A DNA stretch of 64,000 nucleotides. Origin: the human T2T-CHM13v2.0 reference genome, Homo sapiens. The stretch lies in the NCBI RefSeq assembly GCF_009914755.1, contig NC_060930.1; one strand, given 5' to 3'. A program made the translations under genes and the position numbers. Under the pieces are notes generated by a model. That model saw only the letters and a list, made by a program, of their open reading frames with translations, did no database searches and was not told the DNA's origin. Shown here piece by piece: positions 59,219 through 64,000 of this stretch (position 1 is the stretch's first letter; each line of letters opens with the position of its first letter).

Positions 59219-59341
59219 GAAAAGGCCAAGCTCCAGTGTTTGATGTATTTGAAGCTTTTCTCAATACTGACAACATCCAGGTCTTTGCTAATGCAGCCAC
59301 TAGCTACATCATGTGCCTTATGAAGTTTGTCAAAGGACTGG
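59219..59341 (+). CDS. ARFGEF3: ARFGEF3 coding exon (~24), 123 nt, phase 1-1
   Basis: cctcccttag|GA AAA GGC; KGQAPVFDVFEAFLNTDNIQVFANAATSYIMCLMKFVKGL; donor CTG G|GTAAGC; not in the ORF track. Confidence 0.94.
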
Positions 59342-60086
59342 GTAAGCAGAACCCTTCTCTCATGCCTTGTAACTGCTGAGGACGCTTTCCAGGGTGGCTC
59401 TGTGGCTGGAGACAGGGCCTACTGACTGTCTGGAACAAGCACGCATCCTGGGGTACAAGCAGATGGTGGTGTTGTGTACTCAAAAGCAAAAACTTACTGT
59501 GAAAGAAGCTTGAATTTTGTCTAAGGTTGATACTTTTCATTGTATTCATGGAATATCTTATAGCATATTTTTAATCTATTTATTTATTATTTTATACTAA
59601 CTTTATTGTCAAAGAATAATATCAACCTTGTATTTTCCCTTTGTAAAAGGTTCTCGGGCTCCAGGTCTAATCACACTCTATGGAAACTCTCAAAATTTTA
59701 AGTTTCTTCTAAACCTTTTGGTTTAACTAAGTGTCCTTCCCTTTCATTTCACCCTACATAAACCTGTGCTATATAAAAATCTCCTATTGCAGGTCATGTT
59801 GTATAGTGAGAATATATTTTGTTAAGGTGTTTCTAAATTAAGTATAAAATCATCTGGGTAGTTTCTGAAATACACGAGGCTTTCAAGAAGGGGGACTTCT
59901 ATACTTAGAAAATATATTTTATAATTAATTAAGCCTGGGGTAGGAGGAATTCTTAACTTTTGCTAAAAAGTTGGGAAATCAAACTCAAGCTGCTAATCAT
60001 ATGACACTGAGAATAGGTTTCTGCATAAGGGCAATTATTTAATATAATATTGACTAATCTAAGGTTGGAAATCTTAGAACATTCCT

Positions 60087-60507
60087 ACAATTATGGAGGC
60101 TGAGAAGTCCCACGATAGACCATCTGCAAGCTGGAAAACCAAGGAAGCCGATAACATGGCTCAGTTCAAGTTCAAAGGCCTCAGAATGAGGGGCACTGAT
60201 GGTGTAACTCTTAATCCAAAGCCAGAGGCTCGAGAACCTGTAGTTCTAAGACAAGAGAAGGATATCCCAGCTCCAGAGACAGAGACACAGAGAATTCTCC
60301 TTTTCTCTGCCTTTTGTTCTCCTGGGCCTTGGCTGATTAGATGGTGTCTGCCTACACTGGGTGAGGGTGGAGCTCCCTTACTCAGTCTGATTCAAATGCC
60401 AGCCTCTTCCAGAACCAACCTCACAGACACACCCAGAAATCATGCTCTATCAGTGATCTGGGTCTCCCCTAATCCAGCCAAGTTGACATCTAAAATAAAC
60501 CATCACA
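60087..60507 (-). mobile_element. MLT2 (ERVL) LTR
   Basis: Ends ccaagttgacatctaaaataaaccatcaca, the reverse of the MLT2 5' terminus; accounts for ORF 60093. Confidence 0.85.
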
Positions 60508-60819
60508 TAGAGGACATTGAAAACAGCCTGTGTTTTCTTCTGTGAATTCTAAAGTGGAATTATTTGTTTGGGGCCTGGGATCAGTGGAAAAGGCAGAGCC
60601 CCTTGTATAGTCATGGTGCCTGTGTCCTGCCTGGCTCCAGGGAGTGCCATTCACATAGACTTGGATGCGTTCAAATACACAGCGACCACAGTCTAAATTT
60701 TGGGACGCCTGCTGTAATCGTGGATAGGAAATGAATTTATTGTTAATTCCCACCTGCTTATTTCAACATGAATTTGACCTGGTCTGTGTTTTTATATTAT
60801 AAAATGTGTTCATCTAAAC

Positions 60820-61009
60820 CAGGATTTGGCAAGCTATGGCCCACAGTTTTTATAAATACAGTTTTATTAAAACATAGCCATGTTCATTTGTCGATGGCTG
60901 CTTCCATACTACCAGGCAAAGTTGAGCGGTTGCAATAAAGACAGTATGACCTGCAAAGCCTGAAGTATTTACTCTCTGGCCCTTTGCCAAAAACATTTGC
61001 TAACCCTTG
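60820..61009. mobile_element. MER58A (hAT) relic
   Basis: ttggcaagctatggccc...gcaaagcctgaagtatttactctctggccctt. Confidence 0.85.
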
Positions 61010-61886
61010 CTCGAAAACCTAAGAAATGTTTTTTGTTTTTTTTAAGGAGAAACATGCCTCTTTGCTTCTGAATTTTAACTAATGCCTAGTAATTAGGTCT
61101 GTTTACTCACATGGGAGGGTTCTAGCTCTTACAATTGTAGACAATTAGAAACAATTACAGTACATGAAATGATTTGATTAAATGTATAGAAATAGATTCG
61201 AGAAGAAAAATTATAATAATTCAGTTACACTCTTACAGAAAAACCTAGATACCGCTCTACAGACATGTTAAATCTCTAGATATGTACAAAAAATAGAAAA
61301 ATCATTTAAATGCAATTAAGTAGTCTCTGTCCCTAAACCCCAGATGTTTAGACTCTTCCCAGAGACCTCATTTATCATCAGCATTTAGTGCCACGCACTG
61401 GCAGGGAAAGAAATCCTTTTCCAAATGGAGAGAGAGAAGCGCTTCATTCCAGCCCAATCCAGGACTTGTCTCTGGGATTGTCCTTTGTCATCAAAAGTCA
61501 CTCCATCCAACAGCAGGTCCCAGAAATGTCATTTACCATGTGCCCATGTACAAAGGAACACCATCCAGCCACTGAAAGTACTGTGGTAGAAGAGAGAGGA
61601 AATGTTGATTGTTTAGTGGAAGGGTGAGTTACCAACCATATAATCTCAACAAAATGATAGGAAAGGTATGGTCCCAACTGTATTTAACATGTGCACATGC
61701 AGCTGGGAGAATGGCTGAAAGGATTTTCCTCAGGGTTGTGCAATTTGGAGTCATTTTTCTCCTTTTCTCCCACTCTCTTTTAATAGATATTTGGTGTACT
61801 AGTGCTATGTGAGTAAACAGGTCTCCTGTTACAGGGGGGCACGCAAGGGTAACACTGTTGGTCTCTGTCTCCCGTGCCGCCCCTAG

Positions 61887-61990
61887 GGGAGGTGGACTGT
61901 AAAGAGATTGGAGACTGTGCCCCAGCACCCGGAGCCCCGTCCACAGACCTGTGCCTCCCGGCCCTGGATTACCTCAGGCGCTGCTCTCAG
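61887..61990 (+). CDS. ARFGEF3: ARFGEF3 coding exon (~25), 104 nt
   Basis: cccctag|GG GAG GTG; EVDCKEIGDC...DYLRRCSQ; donor CAG|GTAGGG. Confidence 0.95.
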
Positions 61991-62404
61991 GTAGGGGAAT
62001 GGTCCAGCTGGGCTCCCGGCCTGGAAACCTGCCTCGGAACATGCTCCCAAAACATGCGTGGGGGGTCTTTTGCTGAAGCCCGAGAGAGACACTTTGCCGT
62101 CTGAGGAGATTGGGGCGCAGATGTGGAGTATACATTTTTGTCCCTCCTTTTTCCATGAAGGAAAGAAAATAATGAAAACATACTAGAACCCACAATTGGA
62201 TGCTGAGGTCTCTGAAACTTTTCCCTCACGCTCAGATGCCTGAACTACTGGAATCTCTATATTTGCATGAGGTTTTAGGGGAAGGGGTCACTAGGTCATG
62301 AGAAGTCTTCCTGAGGGCACCAAAAAGTGGAGGACAGGGGTGCAAGCAGTGAAGAGGGACATTAATAAAAGAAAGACATGCTCAGTCAAGATCATCTAGC
62401 AGAG

Positions 62405-62650
<246 letters not shown>

Positions 62651-63124
62651 TTAGTCTAGTAAAGAGAATAAAACAGCACTTGTCAAAGTGAGCAGTGACC
62701 ATCGTTGGGTCCATCCTCTGCCTGACACCATGCCCCCTCCCTGAGGCCGTTTGTCTCTAAGCTTCAGTGACACCCCTCTCTCAATATTTTCTCACCTGTC
62801 TTCTCAGGTGGTGTCCCTGGATCTCTTTGGGGATCTATGTACAACCTCTTCCTGGGTGATAGCATTGAGCCCATGGCTTTAAAAGGGACATGCGGCCCTG
62901 GCTTCTCCATCCAGCTGCCTCCCCCAGGCCCCATATGACGCGACCCCTGCCCGGCTCCCTTTCCACCCTCACATCCTTCCCTCTTACTCACAGTGCTATA
63001 GCTACGCTGAGCTTCTGCCCTCCCGGAAATACACCTGCTCACTGCTGTGCAGGGCCATCTCTGCTTCCTCTGCTGGGACTCTCTCCCCAGATTCTAGGTG
63101 CCACTCTTTATCTCCCAGATCTAA

Positions 63125-63514
<390 letters not shown>

Positions 63515-64000
63515 TAGTTTTTCCTGTAGCATTTATGTCTGGAATTTGATTATTTTAGAAAGGATTGTAGTTGGTGAGACCCACCAGAACAGGAATTTTG
63601 TCTGTTTGCTCACAGCCCTGGTTCCTTGAACAATGTGGGCATGGCAGGATTCTAATTAATTCATTAAGACATAAGGATCTTTGGAAGTCTGTCCCAGTAA
63701 CAGAGAGCTCACGGGTGCCTGGGCGCTAGTCCCAAGAGGGGACTAAAGAACCCAGGCCACTCTGCTGGCTCTGCTTCTGAGACCTTCCTCTCTCCCTCCT
63801 GGTCCCAGCCTCCTTCATTTCTCCAACTGCTCTTGCCCCTGTGTTTCTTCAGAGGTTGAGTCAAGGGAAGGAGAAATCAGAGTCTGGTATCTCATTTGCC
63901 TGTGGACTGTCTTCTCAGTGATCCCCACAGAACACTTATTCGCTTAGGCAAAAATTCTGGACATGTTTCATGGTTCCTTCGGTAGGTTTATAAAAGTCTA

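Noticed and set aside
60093-60545. 150-aa ORF
   Set aside because: Lies within an MLT2 LTR; no recognisable domain

Overview
This is primate, very probably human, genomic DNA from the middle of ARFGEF3 (BIG3/KIAA1244) on the + strand. I reconstructed 17 consecutive coding exons (4347-61990, 3535 nt, all GT-AG, phases compatible throughout). They splice into one uninterrupted frame running from ...DSQQLQLLYLE to ...DYLRRCSQ. By my recollection of the reference these are exons ~9-25, codons ~222-1400; the start and stop lie outside the window. The introns hold >30 Alus, old L1 segments (a large nested one at ~49.9-57.6 kb), L2/MIR, MaLR/ERVL/ERV1 LTRs and DNA-transposon relics (Tigger, MER58A, MADE1). 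Nearly all non-exonic ORFs in the supplied track are Alu, L1 or low-complexity artefacts. I see no new multi-gene system. The best leads are: an orphan poly(A)-tailed 3'UTR-like retrocopy inside the L1, a minisatellite that forms a homotypic T-box (EOMES/TBR1-type) site cluster, a MADE1/miR-548-like hairpin, two unexplained inverted repeats, tandem duplications anchored at Alu 3' junctions, and a candidate stop-free circRNA from three phase-1 exons. Repeat subfamily names and boundaries are by eye and approximate.
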